This document shows, piece after piece, positions 11,001 through 22,275 of a stretch of DNA of 64,000 bases. The position numbers and the translations under genes were made by a program. The number at the start of each line of letters is the position of its first letter. Positions within the stretch are counted from its first letter, which is position 1. Under the pieces are notes generated by a model. It saw only the letters and a list, made by a program, of their open reading frames with translations, searched no databases and was not told the origin of the DNA. The stretch is taken from NCBI GenBank assembly GCA_964199315.1, contig OZ116704.1, positions 11,656,001 to 11,720,000 on the forward strand. The letters run 5' to 3'. Source of the DNA: Orbicella franksi. Its lineage: Eukaryota.

Positions 11001-13689
11001 TCTGTTTCAAAATGAGTCTTCGTACAAAACCTTTCATATGAAAAAGAGTTTGATTTGCATGAAAATGAACCTGTAGTCGAGAAGCATTTTCACGCGAATG
11101 GGTTCGCAAGAAGACTTCTTTTAACACAGGGGCAAGAGGCAACTCGGAAATGGTCCATTACACATTCAACGAGAAAGACGCAAGGGTCGTTGTGTAATTA
11201 TTGGCAGCAATAACTTAATTTAAGTCTGTCCTACAACTGACCTTCATCTTTGTTCTCTTCCAATGAGGCAGTCAAGGTGTCCAGTCTTTCCTTCATTTCT
11301 TTCATTTCACTTCGGATGTTGTTTTTCATTTCACTGTTCATCTGCTGTAATTTGTCCCTGATGTTTTCTGAAGATAAATATTTACTTTGGCTTAAGCTCA
11401 AATTCACATTTTTGGTGCGAAAAATAGAATAAATAGGTCGAGTTTAGGTATCTGATACATCGAGCCGAGATGAATATTTCCCCTTTAGACTATTGATCCG
11501 TAGCCTTGCGGGCTACGGGTCAATAGCCCATGAGTCCTCCCTACTCGAGGACTATTACTAATAGTCCTCTAGTAGCGTGGCCAATTAAAATGCAGGATTT
11601 GCATTAATCCACTAGTTGGGTGATACTGATTAATGTTATAATCCATTTTCGCTCGGGCGCGACTGGTCTAAACACGTCACGTGACCGAATATTCCCCAGC
11701 TAAACTTAGGAAATATCCGAGAATATCCGAGAATATTCCCCAATTTTCAAACTGCGCGGGTTACGCAAAATATTTGAAGGATAATAAACACAATAACCTC
11801 CATTCGACTTTGAAAATATGCTCGGATGTTTGTCTTTAGGCATGATCTGTTCCTCAAAGCTCACAGTTTTCCTCGAGCTACTCTCTCGGAAAACTGTTCG
11901 CTTCTCGGAATAATAATGTCCGCGGACAAATATCCGAGCATATTTTCGCGCCAAATGGAGGCTACTGTTTATATAACGAGGGGAGTTTTTATTTAACAAT
12001 TAGACTTTGGACAACAAAGGATAACCAAGTAGCCATTTTGTTTAACCTCCTGTCGTGTTTTTCTGGCACTGAACGATACAAAGCGACGATAGTTTGATGA
12101 CCTCGAAACATCGCTGCGGAGAAAAATTGGTCCGACAAGATGCTCGATCAAGTTCTTCAAATTGCGGAGCGAAAAGGTTGCGCACATGTTGAACTGATAG
12201 CGAAACCTTTCTGGGAGAATTGTAAACTTGTGTTTATCTTTGTAAGTTTCTCCTACAACTGACCTTCATCTTTGTTCTCTTCCAACGAGGCAGTCAAGGT
12301 GTCCAGTCTTTCCTTCATTTCTTGCATTTCACCTCTGATATTGCTTTCCATTTCACTTTTCACCTGCTCTAATTTGTCCCTGAAGCTTTCTGAAGAATAA
12401 AATTTATTTTTGTTTACGTGGTTTAGACATTATCTGCGCAAATAATGACAAATAGATGCATTGACCGAAATGAATCTTTTACCAACAAACTTTAGAAAGC
12501 AACACCTAAGGGTTGAAAATGAGGGCTTTTATTTAACAATATAGACTACGAAATCTATGCTTCTTTCGGCTAGCCTCGAGTGGACTACAATAGATAACAG
12601 AAACTAAGAACAGAACGTGTTACTGTCTTAGGATAGCGCAGTAGCCGTTTTGTTTCAACTTAGCCATTGAACCCCTCATCATCTTCGTTCCCGAAAGTAA
12701 TTAGTGAATTGTGTCAATAAAGGGGAAGAGGAAAGTTCAAAAAGCGTCACAGCTGATTTGTATTTCGTTGTTCATAACTTTTGTTTCATCTTTCTTCGAA
12801 TTGGCGCAATCCACGCAATATCCTTCCAAAAATTCTTATTTTCCCACGAAGTTTATTAATCTAAAAATAGCATACTCTTAAAGGTGATCTCGCAAATCGT
12901 CATAAGAGATATGGACTTCTAGCTTTATACACTTCTCGCCTTACCTACAAAGGAACTTGCGTCATTTAGATTCAACTACCCCTAAACCGCGGAAGAGAAT
13001 TCTTAGTACCTGTCTAAAAGTATGAAAATAAAGTTCATATTACCTTCCATCTCTTCGAGTTTCTCCTTGATGCTGTCATCATCTTTCTTCCATTGTTTCA
13101 TGAGTTCACGAAAATGTTCCTCCATATCAGGATCCATGGTATCATGCTCAAGATTGTCGATGTATCTTCTAAAACTTGTTCCTCCCAATCTTACCAGGGC
13201 TTCACGGATTTCCTGCCAGTAAGCATTGAAACTTGCATCATCAACAGAGGCTTGATTGGCATGGCCGTACACAGTGTTCCTGTAATACTTCACTCGGGCG
13301 ATGTCATCTGCGGTACTTGTGTCTGTTGATGGGGGAAGGTTATCCCAACCTTTGGTTGGAGCATCGAAACCACAAATATTTCTAAGCAGCACCGTTAGAA
13401 GTGTGATATCAAAGGTTGCTGATGTCACAGGTGAATGAACAGGATACAGCTTTCCCCATTGTGTAGGATTAAGCACTTTCTTCACTTTCTTCTTTCCAAC
13501 AGAACCAGTATAAAGTGCATGCAGTGTAGGTTTATGTCTTAATAACACTCCATGGAGAGTCGATGGAGAATGTACTTTATCAAATGTGTCTCTCAGCGCC
13601 TTGGATCCTAAGTCCACCAACAGACGACACAGCCTGGCATAATTAGTCGTCTCTTTGGAGGACGCGAATGGTGATGGAGCAGCCGCCAT
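5426..13689 (-). CDS. NLR immune receptor, HEPN(DZIP3-type)-coiled coil-NACHT-LRR, 9 coding exons, about 1330 aa
   Basis: Exons (minus): 13689-13044, 12389-12264, 11367-11242, 10597-10505, 10160-10059, 9772-9659, 9106-9005, 8735-8634, 8001-5426. All introns are GT-AG and phase 1. The summed length is 3987 nt, one open frame, and the start context is ccATGG. Confidence 0.85.
5495..6540 (-). repeat. 84-bp tandem repeat encoding the LRR array (mirrored at 3063-4200)
   Basis: Unit ASLAEAMKVNTTLTQLxLxxNxIGxAGA with 12-13 near-identical copies. Confidence 0.95.
8634..12389 (-). CDS. Seven short symmetric (phase 1-1) coiled-coil exons of the NLR
   Basis: Lengths 126, 126, 93, 102, 114, 102 and 102 nt. 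Examples: ESFRDKLEQVKSEMESNIRGEMQEMKERLDTLTASLEENKDE; ERYRDDLNKMRSEIENISDKLDALTVSRQETKDE; ENLNDKIEQIKDEIAILGERLENLRTQSGESEDK. Each has a canonical AG acceptor and GT donor. Confidence 0.8.
10969..11159. mobile_element. MITE of about 190 bp in an NLR intron
   Basis: Terminal inverted repeats aataggccatttccgagtt / aactcggaaatggtccatt. Confidence 0.65.
11636..11975. repeat. Interspersed non-autonomous repeat with internal inverted repeat
   Basis: cctccatt...aaaatatgctcggatgtttgtc (about 11797-11835) is the reverse complement of gacaaatatccgagcatattttc...aatggagg (about 11925-11961). Boundaries approximate; family not determined. Confidence 0.45.
13044..13689 (-). CDS. First coding exon of the NLR: DZIP3-type HEPN domain
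   Basis: NYARLCRLLVD.G...LRD.F, QWGKLYP, FDITLLTVLLRNICG..P..GWD.LP, DDIARVKYYRNTVYGH (R137-x5-H143), W..I..AL.RLG. The donor GAA G|gtaat at 13044 is phase 1, and an acceptor at 13709-13710 implies a 5' UTR exon further upstream. Confidence 0.85.
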
Positions 13690-13794
13690 GGATGGGCGCC
13701 CAATAACCCTACAAAGGCATTATTTTCAGCTCTTAAATTAAATTGCTTATATAAGTAAACTAAACAACTCTATGGCAAAGATTTAATTAGGTCA

Positions 13795-13842
<48 letters not shown>
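13795..13842. repeat. (AAT)n microsatellite
   Basis: About 16 perfect aat units. Confidence 0.95.
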
Positions 13843-13843
<1 letters not shown>

Positions 13844-13935
13844 TGAAAGTGAAGAATGATCATCGCAGTTAATTTTCCAATTTAAGCAATTGGAAAGAAG
13901 AAGCCTGAAACAACAACAACAACAACAAAAAATCA

Positions 13936-14008
13936 GGGCTTCAACGGGATTTGAACCCGTGACCTCCGCGATACCGGTGCGATGCTCTACCAACTGAGCT
14001 ATGAAGCC
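13936..14008 (-). tRNA. tRNA-like pseudogene head (Thr-GGT-like), T-loop mutated
   Basis: 73-nt cloverleaf-like sequence; T-loop reads TTCAAAT instead of TTCGAAT. It is part of the repeat, so probably not a functional tRNA. Confidence 0.4.
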
Positions 14009-14204
14009 ACACATTGGGAGCGAGGTTAATTAGTTGAGTTCATATCTTCCCGTGAGGAGTGAACTGATGTGAAGTTTGTATGAAATAATTCATATATGAA
14101 CTGCGGTTGAAGATGAAAGTGAAGAATGATCATCGCAGTTAATTTTCCAATTTAAGCAATTGGAAAGAAGAAGCCTGAAAAAAAACAGCAACAACAAAAA
14201 ATCA

Positions 14205-14238
<34 letters not shown>

Positions 14239-14277
14239 GATACCGGTGCGATGCTCTACCAACTGAGCTATGAAGCC
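14205..14277 (-). tRNA. tRNA-like sequence (Thr-GGT-like), likely SINE head
   Basis: GGCTTCA..TGAAGCC acceptor stem, GCTCAGTTGGTAGAGC D-arm, ACGGG-TTCGAAT-CCCGT T-arm. The anticodon stem has an A-C mismatch, with loop CCGGTAT. Confidence 0.5.
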
Positions 14278-14591
14278 ACACATTGGGAGCGAGGTTAATT
14301 AGTTGAGTTCATATCTTCCCGTGAGGAGTGAAATGATGTGAAGTTTATATGAAATAATTCATATATGAACTGCGGTTGAAGATGAAAGTGAAGAATGATC
14401 ATCGCAGTTAATTTTCCAATTTCAGCAATTGGAAAGAAGAAGCCTGAAAAAAATCAGGACTTCAAAGTGATCATTCTTCACCTTCATCTTCAACCGCAGT
14501 TCATATATGAATTATTTCATATAAACTTCACATCATTTCACTCCTCACGGGAAGATATGAACTCAACTAATTGACCTCGCTCCCAATGTGT

Positions 14592-14630
14592 GGCTTCATA
14601 GCTCAGTTGGTAGAGCATCGCACCGGTATC

Positions 14631-14664
<34 letters not shown>
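14592..14664 (+). tRNA. tRNA-like sequence (Thr-GGT-like), likely SINE head
   Basis: Same 73-nt sequence with intact A and B boxes, in inverted orientation. Confidence 0.5.
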
Positions 14665-15329
14665 TGATTTTTTGTTGTTGCTTTTTTTTTTTCAGGGTTC
14701 TTCTTTCCAATTGCTTAAATTGGAAAATTAACTGCGATGATCATTCTTCACTTTCATCTTCAACCGCAGTTCATATATGAATTATTTCATATAAACTTCA
14801 CATCAATAATAATATAATAATAGTAATAATAATAATAATTAAAATTATAATAATGATAATTATAATAATATTTATGATAATGATAATGATGATGATGATG
14901 ATTGTTTCGTCAATAGAATGAATTAGTAACTTGATTTCCTGATTGATTTTGATTGACACTAAATTATATAATTTAGCCACGTGAATACGCCAGCTTTCAG
15001 TTCAGATATTATAGATTCGAAGATATGTGCATGTTTTGCTGACCTGTCTCGCTGACGCGTCTTCTGTTATACCCCGACCTGTTTATCTGTTGCTGACCTG
15101 TACACCGTGAAACAATCCTTCTACACATTGTCAAAGAAGAAAGTTCTCAGTGCTGTAATTCTAGCTGATAGTTTTACTCGTGTGTTTATGTACCGATGGA
15201 TCCTGTTCAGTTTCTCAAATGTATTTCGTTCTTTTCTTTAGATCAAATAATAATATATTAGAATAAATTATACGATTTGCGTAACCTAGTTGGATTGCCT
15301 GTTGGTTTTATTGGACCAATAATGACGGT

Positions 15330-15446
15330 GATAGGGATGGTGATAGTAATGGGGATGGGGTTCGGGATGGTGATAATGATAATGATAACGATAACGATAA
15401 CGATAACGATAATGGTAATGGTATTGGTAATGATAACGATAACGAA

Positions 15447-15478
<32 letters not shown>

Positions 15479-15482
15479 TTTT
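15330..15482. repeat. Degenerate (RATRRT)/(ATA)n simple repeat
   Basis: gatggt/gataat/gataac hexamer runs followed by ata runs. Confidence 0.8.
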
Positions 15483-17839
15483 AACAGGATGACCCATCAG
15501 TGTATCAAACACTGTTATCAAAGGGGTCCTGTAAAAGAAACTATAATGAAAATAAGGTAAAAAAGGTAAAGGCTTCTTTCTGCAGAACAGACAGGAACAC
15601 AAAGCACTGAACAGCAAAATGTCTTCTCGGGATCTACCCTAGTGTCCCAGAGGGTGTCTCCGTAATGAAAGTTTGTTGAGTTTACACAGAAGAGTAACCT
15701 TCAGCATTTCTATGTGATAAACCTCTAAATTGTTAACCAATCTATCCTGGATCCAAGTTCGGGAAAAACCTTGATATTCTTTGTAATCTGTACTCTCAAC
15801 ACTATGGACTTTTCAATCGACACTTTCAAAGGCGACATCCACTGTCCATTATATCATTGTGTAAAATAATATAAGACCCTTCTAATGGAAATGAACCGAG
15901 TATCGGCTAATGAAGGTGGTCTGATCAATTAGGAGTTCATTTAATACACAAGGGTTTTGGTGAGCCAGAGTTGGGACCTTCTTCAATAGATTTTACTTAC
16001 AGCATACCAGAATAAGATTAATGAGATTTTATCCTTATGAGCACTGAAGCACATGAAATTTTCATTGTACATAAATAAACACCCATAATTTCCAGTGAGA
16101 CAGATATGTCTTACCGTCTGTGAAATGTTTTCTTAGAAGTTTTCAATCGTCAAGAAACAAAACCGTCTCGGATCAAGTGGTGATTTGTCCTGAAATTAAG
16201 AAATACCAAGTGTCAGATCACAGCACAATATAGGAACTGAAACAACTACAAGAAACATAGCACATATTACACCAGGAGTAATGCATATTCACTAAAGAAA
16301 AATGAGCAATAAACATTAACCACGCAACAGATTAGAAAGAACGACTACTTCTGTCCAATCAGTTAAGTTATATAGAATATGCATGACATAGACAAAATAT
16401 TCTGTTTCAACCTATAAAAAACTATCCATGGAGTATAGGAAGTAATATTACACACCTATTGTGGAATTTCTGCAACCACAAGTAAGAACTGCCTCTACAA
16501 AGGGGAGGTGACTTTTGATATTCCTAAAAAGAAGAATGACTGAAAGTTACATAATCACAAGGTTGGCATCCCATGAGGGGGGGCACAGTACTTTAAATAA
16601 TGGCCTATACAGGGAGGATCCATCCGAAATGGGTACCTTTTTCAGACTTCAGGTACATAACAAGATAGGGATTTCAAAAGTTTAGGTATATGAAAGGGTC
16701 GGGAAATCTGTCTTTTAGGTATTAAAAAGGGCCTTTAATTAAATTATTTCAACCAAGCGCACCTCACAGCTGTATCATTTATGTTATTAAGCACTACATG
16801 AAAAAGAGAAGAAGGCTTTCTCCTTTTCTGCAGATTTATTCATAATATGGGCCAGTTACAGCAGTTACAGCGTTCTTAAGTAGGTATGTGAGGGTTATAT
16901 ATGTTATGACATACTAATTACCTCAGCTGATGTTCCCCTGAACAATCATAAAGGAATATAAGTGTTCCAGGAGTACATGTACAGTGGCCACTTATTTCTG
17001 AAAAGAATAACACTCATTAAGTATGAGACATATGTAGTTAGATGTGCATATAGAAACAGCCTATTAGGGAGAGAGAGTTTACTGTTCTGAGCTGAACTCC
17101 TGGGTTGCCATTCATCCAACAAGAATAAAGCTGAAATTAATATAATAAACAACCAAAGTGTAAAGTGAAAGACGGGAACCAAACACCAACACCAGTACCA
17201 CTTGCACTATAAATTGCCTTACTGTACCCTACTTTCACCTTCACTAAAACAAGCAGCAGTATCAGTCTTGGACAACTATCATCTACACCACCAGAACTAC
17301 CCGAATCATGACTATAAGCAATATCAACTCACTACAACAGGGTATAACATCTCTACCACCAAGCCGGCTTCAAATAATTTTTATTGCACCACGGGACATA
17401 TGACTTTAATTCTCTATTTAGGTTGAACAGATTGTAGACACATACAGATAATCTGATAGCTCTATCCATACACATGCCTGGATTAATAACTGTGTTTAAC
17501 AGCACAATTTATGGGGAAATTTCCACAGCAAATTGTGATGTAAACTTTTCTGCAAGCCTGGATGTCGAAGCTTATAAAGCAAAATAAAACACAGATCCAC
17601 ATAATGTACGATTTCTTAACTACGTCACAAAAAAAAAGTTGGTCTTGATACACAATCTTAGTGACAAATATCTAACTCTTTTTAGTGCTCAGTCGCAAGG
17701 TCCAATCATAAATAATAATGTAAAATAAGTAGGACAGTATGTTTTCTCAAATCTGGTTAGACAATGCCCCATAACCAAGTGCTTTCTTCCAGCACCTCAT
17801 GATAAACAATTACCATCAGCACCACAAAGACCAAGATGT

Positions 17840-20730
17840 ACCATAAAACATCAACTAAAATCAGACACACCAACACCAGGGTATACCTACACCATCTATA
17901 AAACCACTGACATCAGCAAATACCAGCATGTACCTACACCTTCCATATCACAACTAAAATAAGCAACACTAACACCAGAATGTATCTTCACCATCTCTAC
18001 CACAACGAACATCAACATCACCAACACCAGGGTGTACCTACAACATCTATATAGCTACTGACATCAGCCACATCAACACCAGGGTTTACCTTCACCATCT
18101 ATATAACCACTAACATCAGGATCACCACATGCATGAATACTACATACAACAAAACAAACAGCATCAGCAAAAGCACTTCCAGACCTGCTGCCCACAGCAA
18201 TACTATAATGATCATGTTCATCACCAGGAGCTAGCCTGAAGAGTCTTCAGACCATGATTACACCTCAACCACCATCCTGACCATCACCTGCACCATCCCA
18301 AATGACTACAACTCACCACCTACATGACTACTTCCATCAGCACCACTTCTACTTCCAACAGTAACTAGAATACCTCTACCATATAAAAGACCACTACCAA
18401 TAGTATTAGCATCTGTACAATCACCAGGATATGCACCAAAAATACTACCAGTACATACACCACCACTATCACAAGCTCAACCTGCCGCAACATTACCTTA
18501 TGCTTCCCACCTGCATTATAACCATCACCACCAACAGCAACACCAAAGAGAACACCAGCAGCACATTAAGCAACATGACTAGAAACAACAACACCAAAAG
18601 CACTGCCACTGAAACCACATTGTTACAACACTGCCACCTGCACTACCAATACCATCATAAGCAACTACCTGCCACAGCAAAAGAACTTGCTCCACCACTA
18701 TCACATCATTAGCCACTAATAACAGCAGCAGTAGCACCAGGCACCATGAGTAACCATCAGTTAACACAATCACCATGAAGACTATCGCCACCACTGCCAT
18801 CTTCCACCACAAAGAGATGAGCAAATGGAAATATATAAGGAGAGATTTCGTTTGATTTTCAAACAATGCTTACCTTATCAATTAGGCAAATTCTGCCCTC
18901 AAAGTTGTTTTCATCAGTGAAATAAAGGAATGGTTGACAATGATTCCTGAAATAAACAACAAATGATTTAAGTGTGACATACATGTAAGGCTACATATTC
19001 ATAAACAACAGCTAGGGTGTACCTACATTAACAGCACTAGGGTGTACCTACATTAACAGCACTAGGGTGCACCTACATTAACAACACTAGGGTGTACCTA
19101 CATTAACAACACTAGGGTGCACCTACATTAACAATGCTAGGGTGTACCTACATTAACAGCACTAGGGTGTACCTACATTAACAACACTAGGGTGTACCTA
19201 CATTAACAACACTAGCGTGCACCTACATTAACAACACTAGGGTGCACCTACATTAACAACACTAGGGCATACCTACATGGTGTATACAACATTACACCAA
19301 CACTAGGACGAACCTACACATTCTCTACAACCATTGACGTCAGTGACACCAACACCAGGGTGTACATTTACCATCTATACAACCAATGACATCAAGAATA
19401 CCAATATACCAGGATGTACTTACACCATCTATACAACCAGTAACATCCGCCACACAAACACCAGGGTGTACCTACAGCATCTATACAACCATTGACATCA
19501 GCGACACTAAAACCAGCGTGAACTTTGAAAATCTGTACAATCAGTAACATCAGCCACATCAACACTGGGGTGTACCTTACCCATTTAAACAACTACTGAC
19601 GTCAGCGAAACCAACACTAGGGTGTACCTTGACAATTTATACAACCAGTGACATAAGCGACACCAGCACCAAGGTGTAGTTACACAATCTATAAAATCAC
19701 TAATATCAGCAACAACCACATCAGGGTGTACCTTCAAAATCTATAAAACCACTGACACCAGCGATACCAACATCACAATGTACCTACACCATCTAAACCA
19801 CTACTACCATCAGCATCACCAACACCAGGGTGTAACTTTACAATCTTTAAAACCAATGACATCAGCACCATTAAAACCAGGGTGTACCTATCTCATCTAT
19901 ACAACCACTGACATTAGCCACACCAAGACTAGGGTGTACCTTCACCATCTATACAATCACAAACATCAGCCACACCAACATCAGAGTGTAACTTCACTAT
20001 CTATACCACAACTAACATCAGGATCACCAACACCAGAGTGTACCTTTCATACCTTTACAATCACCGACATTAGCGCACCAACACCAACACCAGGTTGCAC
20101 CTTCACCATCTAAAGTACCACTGACATCAGCATCACCAACACCTGGGTATTCCTTTACCATCTATACCTCATTTAGAATGAGCATCAAGAACACCAAATA
20201 TACCTGCACCTTTTGTACAGCCACTGACATTAGCGACAGATACACCAGGGTCTATTTACACAATCTTTACCACCACTAACATCAGCACACCAGAGCATAC
20301 CTACACCATCTATACAATCACTGACATCTGCGACACCAACACCAGGATGTACCTACAACCATCTAAATAACCACTGACATCAGCCACACCAGGACAAGGG
20401 TGTACCTACAACCATCTATACAAATAATGAGATCAGCCACACCAATGCCAGGGTATGCATAATCCCTCTATAAAACCACTAACCTTAGCCACACCAAAAC
20501 AAGAGTGTACCTACAACCATCTATACAACCACTGATATCAGCCACACCAACACAAGGGTACACCTACACCATCTACACAAGCACTGTCATCAGCCACACC
20601 AATACCAAAGTGTACCTACAGCTACACCATCTTTAAAGCCAGTCTAACCTCTGCACAACAACACCAGCCATCTTAACAACCACTGAGATCAACAACACCA
20701 ACACCAGGGCATTCCTTCACCATCTAAACA
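17840..20730. repeat. Degenerate satellite of about 53 bp with strong C/A strand skew (17840-18120 and 19300-20730)
   Basis: Recurrent unit accactgacatcagccacaccaacaccagggtgtacctacaccatctataca; no long ORF on either strand. Confidence 0.75.
19012..19275. repeat. 25-bp minisatellite, about 10 copies
   Basis: Unit ctagggtgtacctacattaacagca; it shares the agggtgtacctaca core with the 53-bp satellite. Confidence 0.9.
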
Positions 20731-22275
20731 ACCATTAACATTAGCATCACAAAGTGCTTGAGCACTCCTTCCAACAAAACAAACAGCATCAGCACCAGCA
20801 CTTCCAGACGTGCTGGCGACAGCAACACTATAATGACCATAATCATCACTAGGAGCTAGGCTGAAGCATCTTCAGACCATGATTACACCTGAGTCACCAT
20901 GCTGACCATTACCTGCACTATCACAAGCAACTACACCTGATGACCTACATGACCACTTCCATGAGCACCACTACTACTTCTGCCATCAACTAGCAGTACC
21001 TCTACCATATGCAGCACCACTACCAATAGTACTACCATCTGCAAAATGACTATCATTGGCACTAATATTAAAAGTACATGCACCACCACTGCCTCTAGCT
21101 GTTCTTGCAGCACCACTACCAATAGTACCACCATAAGCATATATAGGCACCAGAAATACTACCAGTACGTGCACCATCACCACCACTAGCTCTACCTACT
21201 CCAATAGACTACCAAGTATACTTCCCACCTGCACCAAATCCTACATGATCAATGACAATGTTAGCAAGCAACTGATTAAGGCCAGCAGCGGTGGCACCTT
21301 ACCAGCACCAACACTTATACCCCAATATTACAACACCGTCACCTACACTACCAATACCATCTTAAAGCTAAGCAGCTGGGACAAGAACTTGATTAACCCC
21401 TATCACATCCTAAGCACTAACACCAGCAGCAGAAGCACCCACCACCACCTACACCACTTGTAACCATTAGTTAACACAATCAGCACCTAGATTATCACTA
21501 TCACTATCACTATCACTATCATTATCACTATCACTCAGCCATCTTCCTCTACAAAAAGATGAGCAACTGGAAATAATTAAGGAGAGATTTTGTTTGTTTC
21601 TCAAACATTGCTTACCTTATCAATTAGGCAAACTCCCCCACAAAGTTATTGTCATCAGTAAAATAAAGGAATGGTTGAAAATGACTCCTGAAATGAACAA
21701 GAAATGATTTAAGTGTGACATACATGTAAGAATACATAAACAAACTTGAAACAGGATAATCAAATTCATTACCCGACTATGCTTCATTTGACCATATAGA
21801 AGATAGAAAGAAAATGCAAACTATGTGATCGTACACGTAACACACAATAATACCCAGAGGCGATCCCACCTTTCATTAAACAACAGCGACTTATCAGGAA
21901 CCACAATACCTTTTGATATACTAAATTGTGAACATATCATAACTTTCATCTGTTGAATCCATTTGGAGTGTGCATTCTTTTGATTCATAATCCATTTTTG
22001 GATTCTAGAAAACAAATGCGAAATCCCTTTTAGGATTCCAAGGTCCTGATTTGTATTTTCTCCCCCAGACCCAAAGGTTCCCTTACAAGCCAAATCAACA
22101 GGTCCATGGATCCCGGGGCGAACAGTTTATTAGCATTTCTGTAGCACGGTTTCAATTTCCACCGTTTCTACTTCAGCTTTCAGACTTTCATCCTTGTCTA
22201 GCTCATGTAAATTTGTTTTCATGAATGACTGTCAAGTCAAAATCAATTTACCAACAATAATTTTGGTAACTAATA

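Larger units (their letters stand above)
13841..14805. mobile_element. Cluster of about 269-bp tRNA-derived (SINE-like) repeats: two and a partial head-to-tail on minus, one inverted on plus
   Basis: Period 269 (13936 vs 14205). The inversion junction is near 14465, and AAT-rich microsatellites flank both sides. Confidence 0.75.

Noticed and set aside
13003-13043. C-terminal NMNFIFILLDRY of the 228-aa ORF as a real protein end
   Set aside because: It is intron read-through past a good phase-1 donor at 13044.
13936-14664. Idea that the tRNA-like copies are dedicated substrates, decoys or guides for the neighbouring HEPN RNase
   Set aside because: Only proximity supports it. The units look like an interspersed repeat (mismatched anticodon stem, mutated T-loop in one copy), so chance adjacency is the simpler explanation.
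13787-15617. ORFs MCGFIAQLVEHRTG... and poly-Ile/Tyr ORFs
   Set aside because: They are translations of the tRNA-like repeat and AAT microsatellites.
18431-21463. Possible mucin-like Thr/His-rich gene in the C/A-rich region
   Set aside because: All frames are broken by frequent stops, and the repeat periods (25 and about 53 bp) do not preserve frame.
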